A stretch of DNA of 64,000 nt, taken from NCBI GenBank assembly GCA_050084515.1, contig CM114271.1, positions 15,934,001 to 15,998,000 of the forward strand, read 5' to 3'. Numbering within the stretch: position 1 is the first letter of the stretch; each line of letters begins with the position of its first letter. A program made the translations under genes and the position numbers. The notes beneath the pieces were generated by a model. It was not told where the DNA came from. It made no database searches and was given only the letters and a program-made list of their open reading frames with translations. The DNA comes from Blasia pusilla. Lineage: Eukaryota. Positions 1-13,704 of the stretch are shown here, piece after piece.

Positions 1-3000
1 GAGAGTGAGAGAGCTTCATGGAGGAGCTCGATGGTCACTCGTTGCTTTTGCAGGTTGGAGACCGTGTTCCCCATTCAGAGGCTCATGGGAGTGCTCACCG
101 GAGCAAGGGCTGCTTTGATTGTTCTTTGCATTTGCCGATTTTTTGTGTGGAAGAGTGGCGCACGGAAGCGCTGCCCAATTTTTGATAGGGATTGATTATG
201 GGGACGGATTGCCCCATGCCGGCACTCTCGGGAGCACCATGTAGCCTACTGATTTGTATTTTTATAAGTTTTGCATTTTTTTTGGGAGAAATCAGTGCGG
301 AAGCGATGCCGACTTTTGTGTAGGAGAAAGAGACATTGGGCTTTATGACAGTCCCCGTCAACATTTACTGGAATGTCCAATTCTAAATATTTTTTGACGT
401 TGTCATACATCGTAAAGTTGTGCACGTTGTGCAATAAACACTGCGCAATTTGAAGTTGCGAGAGAATGGTTATGGTCAATCTTGCAAAAATTCCATTGCT
501 AGGCGATTTTTAGGGTTAAATTGTTCAAACCCTAAACCAGCCACCAAGCCGGCGGCGGCCATCGCCGTCATAGTCACCATCAACGGTCCGCCGTCGAGAG
601 TCAACCATCACCATCAACGGTCAACCGTAATCGTAACCGGTCGGCCGTCACCATCAACGGTCAATCATCACCGTCAACGGTCCACCGTCCGTTGTCCACC
701 CTTTGGTTCCCATTGTCGCCATTACGGAGTGGAGGGTCTTCCACAATATTTGTTGATTCTCTGAATTACGTCACCACCACATACTTTTTTTTGGCCGCCA
801 CCATCATAAAAGTTTCGTCATCAACCAATGATAGCAGATGACCTTTAGTTATGGTGTTTGAGTTTTGATTTCATGCTGTTATGTTGTGATTGGTAGCCGC
901 TCGACGACGATCGAGTACCGTGCCGTGACGCCAGTAGCCGCAACGCGCCGTGACGCCCGTAGCCGCAACGCGCCGCCGATTGTTGCGACGTGCCGCTTGT
1001 GGCCGCACTGCACCGTCTCGATCGCAAAACCGCTCCTTCACTAAGGAGAAAAGCGTGTGAATTGTTGATTGAGGAGGGTATGCTGCCGAGTGCTGCACCC
1101 CATTCCCGAGTGTCCTGCTCTTTGTAACCGTTCCATGCCGTCAGTGCCGCACCAGACCGCTCAACTTGCACCGCACATCGAGGAGGTTTAGCACCGTCAG
1201 TACGAGAGGAGTACGAATTACTGATTGGAGGAGTTGTCTTCACGACCGAGTTCGGGTCGAGATTTGCAGTTGATGAGGAGCGACATCGATATGTGTTCAG
1301 GTTACCCATTCTGGTCCTTTATCCTGCACGTATGAGGGATTCTCATATTTGGGTAGTTTATTTGGGGATATTGGGTTGTAGGGATGCTAAGAGCATCATT
1401 CATGTATGTCGTTTAGGGGACATAGACCTGTGTGGGATGTCCGGAGTTGAGGGTAGGTTATCGATGAGATGACAGCCAAGTCGATTTTCCCCACCACGCC
1501 GCGTGTTGCCGCATGTTATACGTCTCGGGGAGGGAGAGTGTAGATCGAGTGTCGCATGTTTGGGATGAGTGATTGAGGGATTACTCGCGAGGTTGAGAGT
1601 GATCAGGTGAGAGGGGCACGAGGATCATCACGGCGTCCGTTCGGGACTTTGAGAGGCGAGGTGGTGAACCCGAGAGTAACTCTAGAGGTTTTACGCGGAG
1701 TGGTGCGAGGTTCCGGGGGTCTCCACATGAGGGACCACCTCGACCTCCTTCTGTGTCATCATCAGACAAGGGGGAGGGTGTAGAGGAGTTTGTGATCACA
1801 TCGCCACACATTGTGAGTGGTCCTACCAGTTGGGCGTACGAGATGGACGACCGGGGTAGAAGACCGTGTAGGTTTTCAGGTGCAGTAGGCACGATTGAGT
1901 TGCTCGATTTCATAGCAGAGTTTAAGAGTTGGTGTGACTCCCAGCGGGCTAGGAACTCTAGAGAGTTCAACCCGTTTACAGCATGGAACGGTATGTTCCA
2001 GCATTTAGAGGGGGCGCCCATGGACGATTACCATGAGTTTTCTCAGAGATATGCACGTGAGATTGAGGCATGGAGGCTCTACTATGACCCATATTATGTG
2101 TCATGGACGGAGCCGTTCCCATATGAGGAGGAGGAGTCAGGAGAGGCTAACTTACTCTTACACTAGTGACATTTTAGGAGGGGTCACTCGCACTGGAGCA
2201 ATTGCACCGACGAGTCGGGTTCGTCCCAAGTTCAACCCTATGGTTGAGTTCTTTGCTGAGTTGAGGGCGAGCTACCAAGGGGTACGGACGGAGAAGTTGC
2301 GGAGCATCCACGACTTCCAGAGGCGCCCGGGTGAGAGTTTGCGTGAGGCTTACACTCACTTGCGCCAGTTGATCAACGTCACTCAGGGGTGACAGAGGCT
2401 CAGGTTATCCAATCATGGTACGCGATGCTGGACCGGACCCTGCGGACACGGGTGCGGGAGGGGATGCTTCTTATGAACACCTCCCCTACGTCGAGAGATG
2501 TTTTTTAGGACCGCCGAGAACATTGAGCGCAACATGGCGGAGGAGAGCGTAGCCACCATGGGTTCTGGGCGAGAGTAGTCACGATTGGCTGCACCACCTG
2601 TGCAGCAACGTGGACTCTGAGATAGGTTGACTGTGGCACCACGAGCTAAGGGAGGATACCGGGAGGCCGTGCCACAAAGACCTGCGCCTTCATATGCGGC
2701 TCAGCAGCAGCCGCCCACTATTACTTGTTGGTCATGTGGTGGAGCCCATCATCAGCGCGATTGCACTCGTCAGGGTCATGGACATGTGCCTCAGCATGGA
2801 GGAGGAGATGGTACTACACTAAGAGGTTATCAGTGTGACTATTGTCAAAGGTATGGTCATACACGCGCTAGGTGTTTCAATTTACATCTTGAGTTACGTC
2901 CGGACTGAGGGCTAGATAGGGCACCAGAGCGAGTAGCCGGTCTGGGTGGGCCTAGAGATCGTGCACCAGGTGGTCCCATTGGGGGACGAGGAGCTGGAGT

Positions 3001-4555
3001 TGCCGGATAGGATGGTGGTGCTGCCCGTGGAGGAGGCATAGTACCACCATCTAGACACGCCAAGGGAGATGCCTAGGATGGCTGCTCAGATACAAAAGCT
3101 ACATGAGCAGATTGCCGTTATGGCATTGAGGATATCCGATGCCGGATCCGTGGCATCGACATCATATGGAGCAGCCAGAGATATGGAGAATCCTGGTTGG
3201 ATGTGCGGGATTGTCCAAATGGAGGCCGCCATAGTTGTGATGCTTGGAGTAGCAGCAGACTTGGATCCACAGCGAGGGGAAGCCGGAAAAAGGACTAGGC
3301 TTCCTCAGTCTTTCACGTTGTCCGAAGCAATGAGGACCCCATCGATGGGTCCTCATCAAAGGTCATGGAGAGTTGGTGATGTTGTTGGTGTGCAGTCATG
3401 GAGGGCGATGGGAGAAGCAAGTGCGACGACTCCTAGTGTTGATGTTGAGGAGGGGCATGTGTCAAGCACATTGTTGGGGGCGGCCACCATTGTGTACCGC
3501 ACTCCTTTATTTTCTGCTTCCGATGTTATGACGTTAGGGGGTACGCCCGCCGAGGCTTTTGGCTGGCCGCTGCACTATGTGAGCACGGAGTTTCGTGCAT
3601 CACATTCAGAGGTGATTGCAGAGGAGGTGATGGCCCTGCCCTTGGAGGAGATGCTCGGGTCGTCCATGTCAAATTCATGGCAGGCTGCGGGTGCTAGGAT
3701 GGCGGAGATGCCCGCTAGACCCGCGATAGAGCGTGCCATGGCTTTTCCTGGTGTTTTGTTGTTGGATAATCGAGGAGAGGTCTTCCAGTTGGTGAGTCTC
3801 GGAGGTAGAGCTTTTATCCTCAACGCGTCTTGTTGGATTCAGGAGTGCAACCCCTGATTTTGGGGAAAGTGTCATTCACAGGATTGGGCTTGACGAGAGC
3901 CGATGTGGAGCGTTGTCCATTCCGGATACAAAAATCCTTGGGTGGAGCGAGTACCACACAGTATCTTACTCGATAAGAGGTCGTGGTGAGGATTTTCCCG
4001 GGACATCCTATAGATGAGTTCGTGTTGCGAGCCAAGGTGATAGTGACTGATGCAGAGTCCTACAACGTCTTGGTTAGTGGAGTAGTGTTATACCAGATGG
4101 GGTTTTCCCTCGATTACTGGGAAGAGTCAGCGTCCTATAGACCAGGATGGCAGTCAGGTGATGGGCGCCTTAGCTCATTACCCGTTCGATTCATAGGTGC
4201 AGTGATCAAGCGAAGGCCAGGAGAGGTGGCGACCTTAGCAGCATTTAGCAGTGCCATCACTTAGCCTAGTGATTTGATTGAGGGACATGTCCATATAGAG
4301 GATACTTCCGTTCCTGATATTTCTATGGAGAGGAGTGTTATGGTAGCCGCATCATTCCGTGGAGGAGAGGTACCATTGTGGGGCTCGACTGAGGAGCTTC
4401 GACGATTGGCAGATGAGCACGTGCAGACCGCGTGGAGCAAGGCGTTTGCACCAGAGCGTGACGGGTCAGAGGAAACCGAGGTAGCAGGGAATGCTACGAT
4501 GACACCCTTGGATACCACACCCATTGTGTGGTGTATCTTGGAGGAGGGTATTTGA

Positions 4556-5475
4556 GTGTTAGATCTCTTTGGAGGGATTAGCACCGGGTTAGCTGTTGTT
4601 TTGTAGGGAGGAGTGCAAGTGCAGCAGTACCTGTATGTGGAGAGTGATGATGTTGCGAGGCGCATCTCACTACGACATATGGCGCAGTTACGCCTACGTT
4701 TTCCCGACTTATTGTCTACGTCCACGGTACAAGGGTACGTACCAGTGTTCTCTACCGAGGATATTTCGTTGTTGGGGGCGTAGGACTTAGAGCGAGTAGG
4801 GACCATTGATTTGGTCATTGCTGGTTGGCCATGTCAAGGCCAATTGAGTGTTGGACGAGCTAGCGGGTTGGCTAACACTCAGTCCAGGTTGTTTTGGGAG
4901 ATGTTGAGGATCTTACGGCAGTTGCAGGAGCACAAGTCTCGTTCTCCGGCCTACATTCTGTAGAATGTGCCGATCTTAGGAGACTCCAAGTCACGAGTGG
5001 TGACGAGTGCTCATCAGGTGTGTGACTGGATCGGCCCAACAATGTTCTTGGATGCGGCGAGTGTAGGTTCTAGAGCCCATCGCCTGCGTCTATGGTGGAT
5101 CAACTTGGTGCCCCATGCGGTGTTACGGAGGGCATATGCGAGAGTGGAGCGCCCCTCCCATTTGTTAGTGGATTCCATTCTAGATCCAGGTCGTCAATTA
5201 CAGGTAGTGAGGCACGATGATCAACCACCGTTGACTGTGGTCAACAGGGTAGGCAGGACGCGGGCAACCTTGCCCACGTTTGTGAGTTTTCCCACTTCCT
5301 ATGCATACAAGGAGGTTGATCTTGGCTTGGTTTGGGATGACCAGGTTCAGCAGTTGGTGGAGCCCAACGCTGACGAGAGAGAGCAAGTGATGGGATTTTC
5401 CACATGAGTGACGGAAGTACCGTCAATGTTAGAGGCATCACGACGCCATGTATTGGGTCAGGTGATGGACCTGAA
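4556..5475 (+). pseudogene. DNMT3-like C5 cytosine methyltransferase domain between protease and RT (F1-a)
   Basis: Motif I VLDLFGGISTG, II YLYVESDD, IV DLVIAGWPCQG, VI IL*NV, VIII SRAHRLRLWW, IX EREQVMGF, X SRRHVLGQVMD. Confidence 0.88.
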
Positions 5476-8400
5476 TTGCTTGATATGGATCCTCAGCTTG
5501 GGAGTGGCTGAGCAGCGCCATATGAGATCGCGACAGATCACAGCGGTTGCGTTGGTGAGCCCCATGCCTACCAAGATGATGGAGGCAGTGGTTGGGGGCA
5601 AGACCTGAGGAGATCTACACACCAAGGGAGATCGGGAGAGACACCCTTGGACTTCTTAGGATGTTTTGCAGGTACGCCATGAGATGATAGCCACAACATC
5701 GAGCGTGGTTCTGAGCACTGCACGTGGAGGAGATCAGAGTTTTCAAATGGCTGTAGGAGAGCGGCCGAGTGTTGTTGTTCGAGACGGGGTTGCATCGTAG
5801 CAACCACCGATACCCGCGCCGGAGAGTCCTACCATAGTCACGATGGAGACTTGGGAGCAAGATATGGGCCCTAAGTTGACAGGAGGAGAGCCGCGCCGGA
5901 TACATCAATTCCTCAGGAGTTGTAGGAGTTGCTTTGCATTTAGCATGGAGGATTTGGGTACGCTGAAGGGACGGGGGATCCGCATTGAGTTGTCAAGTGA
6001 AACGCCAATCTTCCGACGAACCTACATGTATAGTGATATGGAGAGGGCTCTGATTCAGAGTAGGAGCCAGGACTTGGTTGGAGCAGGACTAGTGGAGATG
6101 TCGCATGGAGAGTATGCATCTGCCACTATCACGCCCGCCAAGAAGGATGTGCATGGCAACTAGACGGATAGTCGGATATGTGGGGACTACCGACCTATCA
6201 ATCGGCAGACGAAGTCCAGTATGATGCCATGCCCACCCTTGAGGAGATCTTTGATGCGATTGGTCACGCAAAGGTCTTCAGTTCATTGGATTTGCAAGCC
6301 GGATACTAGTAGTTACCTATCAGATTTGAGGATAGGTAGAAGACGGCATTTTGGGGCATCGATCCTCACAGGAAGGATTGTTTGTGCCAGTGGCGGTTCT
6401 TACCATTTGGGTTAAAGAACGCCTCGGCTGAGTTTCAAAGGGTCATGGATAGGATCTTGGCTGGTTTGGATTCTGCTAGGTGTTAAATTGATGACATCGT
6501 AGTCTTTAGCGCCATGGTTAAGGAGCATGAGTGACATCTAGAGGAGGTGTTTCGACGATTGAAATTACATGGGCTGAAGCTACATCCAGGCAAGTGCAAG
6601 TTCTTCTACGACCAGATTGAGTACTTGGGTCATACAATATACCCATGGGGCCTTGGTGTTCAACAAAAGAAGGTAGAGGCTATCTCACGCATTCCACACC
6701 CTACAAATGTGAGCCGTGTTCGCGCATTCATGGGATTGGTGAACTTCTATCGATGGTACGTCAAGATATTCAGTTTGATTGCAAAGCCGCTAACCTTGCT
6801 GACCAAGGTGGATCACGAGTGGCATTGGGGGGATGAGCAGGAGCGAGCATTTCAGTTGCTCGAGGATAGGTTGACGTCCACGCCCATCTTGAGGAGACCG
6901 ATCAGGGGGCATCCTTTCCAATTGCACATAGATTGGAGCATGTTGGGGGCTTGGAGCGGTGCTCACCCAATATGATGATGAGGGACGAGAATACGTGGTG
7001 GCTTACGAGAGCCGCTCGAACAACGTTGTAGAGGCAAAGTACAGCTCGTATGAGGGTGAGTGCTTGGCTGTAGTGTAGGTTGTCGCGCATTTCAGGTGTT
7101 ACTTATTCGGAAACCCCTTTACCATCATCACTAATCATCAACCAATGAAGTGGTTGATGGAGTCCGATAAGCTTATAGGGAAGCTTGCAAGATGGGCTCT
7201 GTTGTTGCAGGAGTATGATTTTCAGGTGGTGCATAGACTTGAGACGCTCAACCAGGATGCAGATGGGTTGAGTCATAACCCATGCTCGAGTCAGAGAGAT
7301 GCGACTAGAGCTTGATGGCATGGAGAGAGTGATGAGGAGTCAGTGCCAAGATGGCATGCGTCAGCCTATTTAGGCATGTTGGCTATGGAGAGCCAGTGTG
7401 GAGACTTTGATGGCGAGGTCTAGTGGAGAGTCCTTGGATCCCGAGGCCAATGTGGAGACGATAGGTAGCCGAGATATTCATGATGATGGAGTAGTCTTGG
7501 AGTACCTTCGTACTGGCAGCATTGCGAGCATAGTGGGTGCTAGAGAGCAGGATCATATCCTACAGCAGGCTAGATGGTTCCGTTGGGAGGGGACACATGT
7601 TTTGAGGGTTTGGGAGGATGGTAGAGTACGCGTAGTGCCGCATCCTTTTCAGAGAGCACGACTAGTGCAGCATGCCCACGAGGAGTTGGGTCACTTTGGG
7701 ATGAAGCAGACGTAAAGATTGTTCTAGATTCAATATTAGTGGCAAGGCGTGCAGACTGACGTTCAACAGTTTGTTGCCAAGTGCATGGTGTGTGATCACG
7801 TTTGAGCATCATTCAATGCTCCGACTCCACAATTTCATCCATTATCGATCATGGGCTTATGGTATAGATGGAGTTTGGATTTTGCAAGACCTTTCCCTTT
7901 GACGGAGCGTCATAGTCGTTATGTGTTGGTGGCGGTCGAGTATTTTTCGAAGTGGATCGAGTTGGTTGCATTGTCTGACAAAGCGAGTGAGGGAGTAGCT
8001 TATGCCTTCCTTGATAGAGTGCTGAGTCATTATGGCGCACTGGCTGAGGTGTTGACACACCAAGGTACCGAGTTTCGTGGTGAGTTCCAGGCCTTGTGTG
8101 ATCAGGCGCTGATTAACCACCGCACGACTTCGCGAGATCATCCTCGAGGCAGGTGGATTAGCGGAGAGAGTTGTACAGACGGTGAAGAGGGATTTACGCA
8201 AGTATGGCTTGCATAGAGGTCACCTAGGAGATTGGGACCTCCAGTTGTTGTGGTTGGCGATGGGATACAGATTCAGCAGGCATGCATCCTTAGCGTCTTT
8301 AGCGCCTTTTTCACCGTACTTGCTACTTTATGACCGAGAGCCAGATTCACCTGCGGCCATTCGTCGAGATGCTGGTGAGGTGCTGGACATTGATGACCCA

Positions 8401-8778
8401 GATATATGGATGCAAGCATGTTCTCATAGGGCTGAGTTATTTCGGAGAGTGATGCTCATGGCGTTCGAGAACTTGGCGATTGCGCATCATCGGAATACGT
8501 TGAGGTATGCGACTATTGGGGGTGGTGGTTATAACCCAACTAGCCGGAGGTTTCATCAGGGAGATTATGTCTACTTGCGATGAGAGCGGCGACCGACGTT
8601 GGATGATCGTAGGGCGCACTATCTTGAGAGTGCGTGACGTTTTGCCCTCTGGTGTTCTCTTGTTGGAGGGACGCGATGGTATGGTATGGAAGGACCATGT
8701 GCGTAATTGTGCGCCATGTCACCTTCCTAACATTGATGGTACATTAGATTCGAGCTCAACTGTAGTTCTTGCAGGCTT

Positions 8779-8910
8779 GCGTTGTATGTTGTGTGATTGT
8801 GCTCGTTAGTCACGATGCTAGTCTGTGATGGATGTTTGAGAGGTTGGCATATGGCATGTCTGACGCCACCTCTCTCTAGGGTTCCTCGGGGACGATGGAT
8901 GTGTCCCAAA
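8779..8910 (+). pseudogene. PHD finger at the integrase C-terminus (F1-a)
   Basis: CMLC...[33 protein letters not shown]4HC3-type spacing, last Cys altered in this copy. Confidence 0.85.
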
Positions 8911-8918
8911 TATACATA

Positions 8919-10120
8919 TAGGAGATACTAGGGAGATACTTTTTGCTATGGATGAGGACATGACAACGAGGGCTACAATCCTTTCTACTCCTTCCATATG
9001 TGAGCCTTTCTTGAGTAAGGAAGAATCACGGAGTTGGATATTGAATGATTTTTCAATACAAAATTATTACGTATACTCTCCATTCTCTCAAAGTGATAAA
9101 CTAAATAGCGAGTGACTTCTTCATAACATTGGATTTTTGCTAATTATAAAATCCTTATAAACTATACGCTTATAAAGAGTATCTGGCGTCCATGGACATC
9201 GTCCTTCCGATTGAGGAAACCGGAGTTGGATATTGAATGATCTCACATGAACGTCTCCAAAAGTGATAAACTAAATAGCTTGAGTGAACCAAAGGTATCT
9301 AAAAAGAGTATCCATCGATCGATTGAGGAAAGCGGCACAACTCGTGCTCCACCCCTATCCATGCTTGACAGACAATCTCTACTCTCCTCAAGAATGGGTT
9401 TTGGCGTAGTTATTCTCCCAAGAGGGGTAATCCACTCTCATTGGGAAAGTAACAAGCCAAAACATTCATTATTTTAATATGACTAAACTCTTCTAAGGTG
9501 ACAAACCTCTCATTTCCACATACACACCACACTCTAGAAACCTCTCGAAGAATAGACCATGGTGAAGCTACTCTCCCAAGAAGGGTGATCCACACTCATT
9601 GGAAGAGCAAGCAATCCCAAAGCCATATATTCAAGAGTGACATGAGAGACTCAAGATGTGGAATAGAAGATGATGAACCCTTGAAGGTCCCTCATCTTTA
9701 TATACTCACAAGTGATCCACAAGAATACGAAATAGAGCTAATCTTATCTTGTGCCACATGGCTTCCTCTCAAGGTTTAGCCAATCATATTTTAACACAAG
9801 TAGATTTCCTCTTATCTCTTCCAAAATATTCTTTTTTACCCACTTGATATTTTCCAAATTACCCTAACTAACGTAGCCACCAACCAAGCCTACTTTTGCT
9901 TTTTATTAAAGCATCAACCTCACTACTTTACTTTTATAAAGTCATTTTTTATTTTATTACCTTTTTTCCTAAAGTTGGGCCCCACATAAAAGAGGCACCA
10001 TAAAGAGGTTTAAACATGGGAATTTTTCTTTTCCTAAGCTAATTTACTTAATACTTATAAAACTCTATCTAATACTTAACAAGGAAGGAGTTTACACACT
10101 GGCTGATTTTATTATACGAG
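8919..10120. mobile_element. Foreign AT-rich segment replacing part of the F1 3' UTR; includes a possible solo LTR (~9480-10096)
   Basis: Absent from the homologous UTRs at 51085-51190 and 62650-62750. TGACTAAACTC ... GAGTTTACA ends; internal duplications (9375-9470 vs 9530-9630; 9029-9050 vs 9221-9242). Confidence 0.45.
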
Positions 10121-10206
10121 AGCGTCTTAGAGATATATATTGTGATAGGTAGGGATAGATGGTTATCGAGAGTTAGAGGGATCTAACCACCAGCTAGGGG
10201 GGCGAT

Positions 10207-11081
<875 letters not shown>

Positions 11082-12779
11082 AAGTTCATAGGAGCATCAA
11101 AGCTTGTCTGGAATCCATGATCTGTGTTAGTGGACAAGATACGCAGACACCGTGGAAGCCTTCTTGCTTTTTTCACGAAGATCCTAAGGAAGAGCAATCA
11201 GCCATAAGGGAAGTGCTTTTAGGAATTCCTATATAATTTTATATTTGGCACATGCGGAAAGTTTAGCTCCGAAAACTCCATCAACAAGGGAGATGCCCCA
11301 TTACCAAGGTGGATATGAATCAAGACCTTAGTCAAATTATGCACACGCAATATCTCAATATGTGCCATTCTCTGGAAAACTAAAGTTCATCCTAAATAAT
11401 AAATGCCTATCCAGATCCTCAATAAGTGTCAATGAACTTTGATCGTCCACAAGTATGTTATTTCTGTGCCGTATTTTGTGAAATACTACGTTAGTAACTA
11501 GCACCCAAAATTAGGGTCATAGGTGAAGGCATTAAGAATTGAAGCCAAATATGCCCAAGATACAAATGTTGCATGCCCAATTGAAAGATGGCATGCCAAT
11601 TTGAAGACACATCTAACATTAAGCATGCCAACCAATGGAACAAGGAAGATTATTTGGAGATTGAAATATTGACCAATGGAATTGAGAGTATCTTTTGGTA
11701 CATGGCACTCTTGAAGGTGGAGGAAGGGTCATGAATAAGCCAAGCAAGGTTGCATGGAAACATATAGCCGTGTCTAGTCTAGGAAATGCCCAACAATTTC
11801 CATGTCTTGGTTTTTTTTTATAGCCTGGTGACCCATATGGTCTTGGGATGTGGGAACGTGTGCGGGTTTAGATTAAGGGAGGTGGTTAGGAATCGAATGG
11901 GTGTGTAGGATATGAGCCCTTGTCTGGCCCTCATCAAGCCCGCGCTAGTCACAAAACGGGGGTCAAGAATGGGTGACAGGTTTTTGGATTGGGTTTGGGC
12001 TATCCCAGCCCGGATCTCCGTCGTGGGTAGGGCGAGCTCCAAGGTTGCACGAAAATGTACATGCCACCCGCATCGAAGCCCGCCCCCTGAGGGCCGGAGT
12101 TTGTCGAGCGTGTAGCGGGCACCCAAGCTGGCCAAGGCCAAGCCCGGATTGGTTTTGGGGGGGCGGGCCGCGAGCATCCCGGCCTACACGAAATGTCTCT
12201 CACATCTTATTTTGACGTAGGTAGAGTTATCTCGCGTCGACGACATAGAGAGTCAGCAGGTTTTTTGGGTGTAACTTTGTCCCAAGATGTCGGATGAGGT
12301 TGGCGACAAGTTTGTTGTGTCAGGAACGTCGTTTATGGCGATTTCCCAATTTTGGTTTTAGTCCGGCATGTGACCTGCTCGGTCAATGGTCACCCAATAA
12401 CCTATGCATGCGGGTTACCGTTGGGAGGGCTATTTTTGCGAAAAGAGCCTTTTGGCTCTTCCCAAGGGTATAAGAGTGAAGAAGATGGCTTTCCCAAGCC
12501 ATCTTTCTCATGTTGAGCCTTAGGAGCGCCTCTCTTGCATAGATGTGTGTGGGTGTATAGGAGTTAGGGTGCTAACATCCAAATTCCCTTATAGTAGAGA
12601 ATGGATATTGTTCGATATGCCGATGTAGATTCAAGAGTGGAGTTTTAGGCCGGGTGAGCCGTTTTTACCACTCTTGATTTTACATGAGAAAGATGCGAGG
12701 GGGTAGGGAATTCATTGGTTGCAGATAGGTAAGCAAGTTTCCTTGGTGGGGAGACCCTAGAGACGCGTATGTGACGTTT

Positions 12780-13704
12780 TGTCGTGACCCTCATTACCAA
12801 ACAACACCAAATAGGCGCCAAGCAGAACATCAGAACTCGAGTGGACTCACGCTACGATGATCGCGCTTTAGAAAGGCTTTTGGAAGATCTCTTGGAAAAG
12901 TCCAAGAGACAAAACGTGGAACTAAGTTGTGTGTTTTATGCATTAGTGGTCGCGACTGGGAAACCTAGACCATACGCAAGCCAAGACTTGAAATGAGTTG
13001 AGTCTTGGAAGGTTGGTTGCCAAAGAGGTGAGAACTAGTTTAAGAACATGACTAGCATTTGGGTAATTGGACTATCTTTTGGACCATAACGTTTAGCTCC
13101 AAGATGAATTAGAAACAAATAAGGGCGCGTTGGAAAGCTTATCTTAAGACGCTTTCAACACACAAAGATCTCAGCAAACGCATAAGTACAAACTGAGATA
13201 TTAGCAAAAAATGATTGTGAGAGCAATCGGGTTGAGGGCCAATTGGGGAGGCCCGGGTGTCTTTCCCCAAATGTAGAGAACCCCGGAGATCCCTTGAAGA
13301 ACTAGTAAGGGAGGAGTCTCTCCAAGAAGTCTTGGAACACGAATCTCCACTTTGAGCACCAAATGGCGTCTCAGAGGCACGAGATGGAAAGGGAGTTTGG
13401 CGTTGGAACTCGAAACCCAAACCTGATCCAAGGGAGTGGACTTTGTACGCCACACTTGGATTCCAATCCGAGATTCACTTTGTGTGAGTCTCAGTTAGGG
13501 ACTCATTGGACGTCCATCGGAAAGTTAGAACCGCCATGCGCGAAATGTCGTTTGAGGTTCCTAAACCGACCAAAAAGTCTGTCCCAAGTCTTTCAAGACT
13601 TGCCTTTGTTGTAAACCACAAAACTAGGAAGGTTGAGCTTGATGAGAGACCAAGACGAGGACTCAGATCTCGTTGGTGCGGGTTGACGGGGTATATCAAC
13701 GACA
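12780..13704 (+). mobile_element. ~0.9-kb solo-LTR-like element in the F2-a leader
   Basis: TGTCGTG...CGACA ends; about 880 bp homologous to the reverse complement of 57700-58617. No clean TSD seen. Confidence 0.65.

Larger units (their letters stand above)
1630..8915 (+). pseudogene. Disrupted polyprotein: Gag-PR-C5 MTase-RT-RNaseH-IN-PHD
   Basis: Zinc knuckles CWSCGGAHHQRDC and CDYCQRYGHTRARC (2725-2876); protease LLDSG (~3830); RT PFGLKNA, IDD, LHPGKCKF (6400-6610); RNaseH LHIDWS, SSYEGECLA; integrase HEELGH..CMVC, WSLDF, QGTEF. Many stops and frameshifts. Confidence 0.92.

Noticed and set aside
95-1309. Antisense ORFs recurring in F1 leaders (also 38195-39305, 59251-59608)
   Set aside because: Similarity reflects homologous DNA; frames and stops are not conserved between copies.
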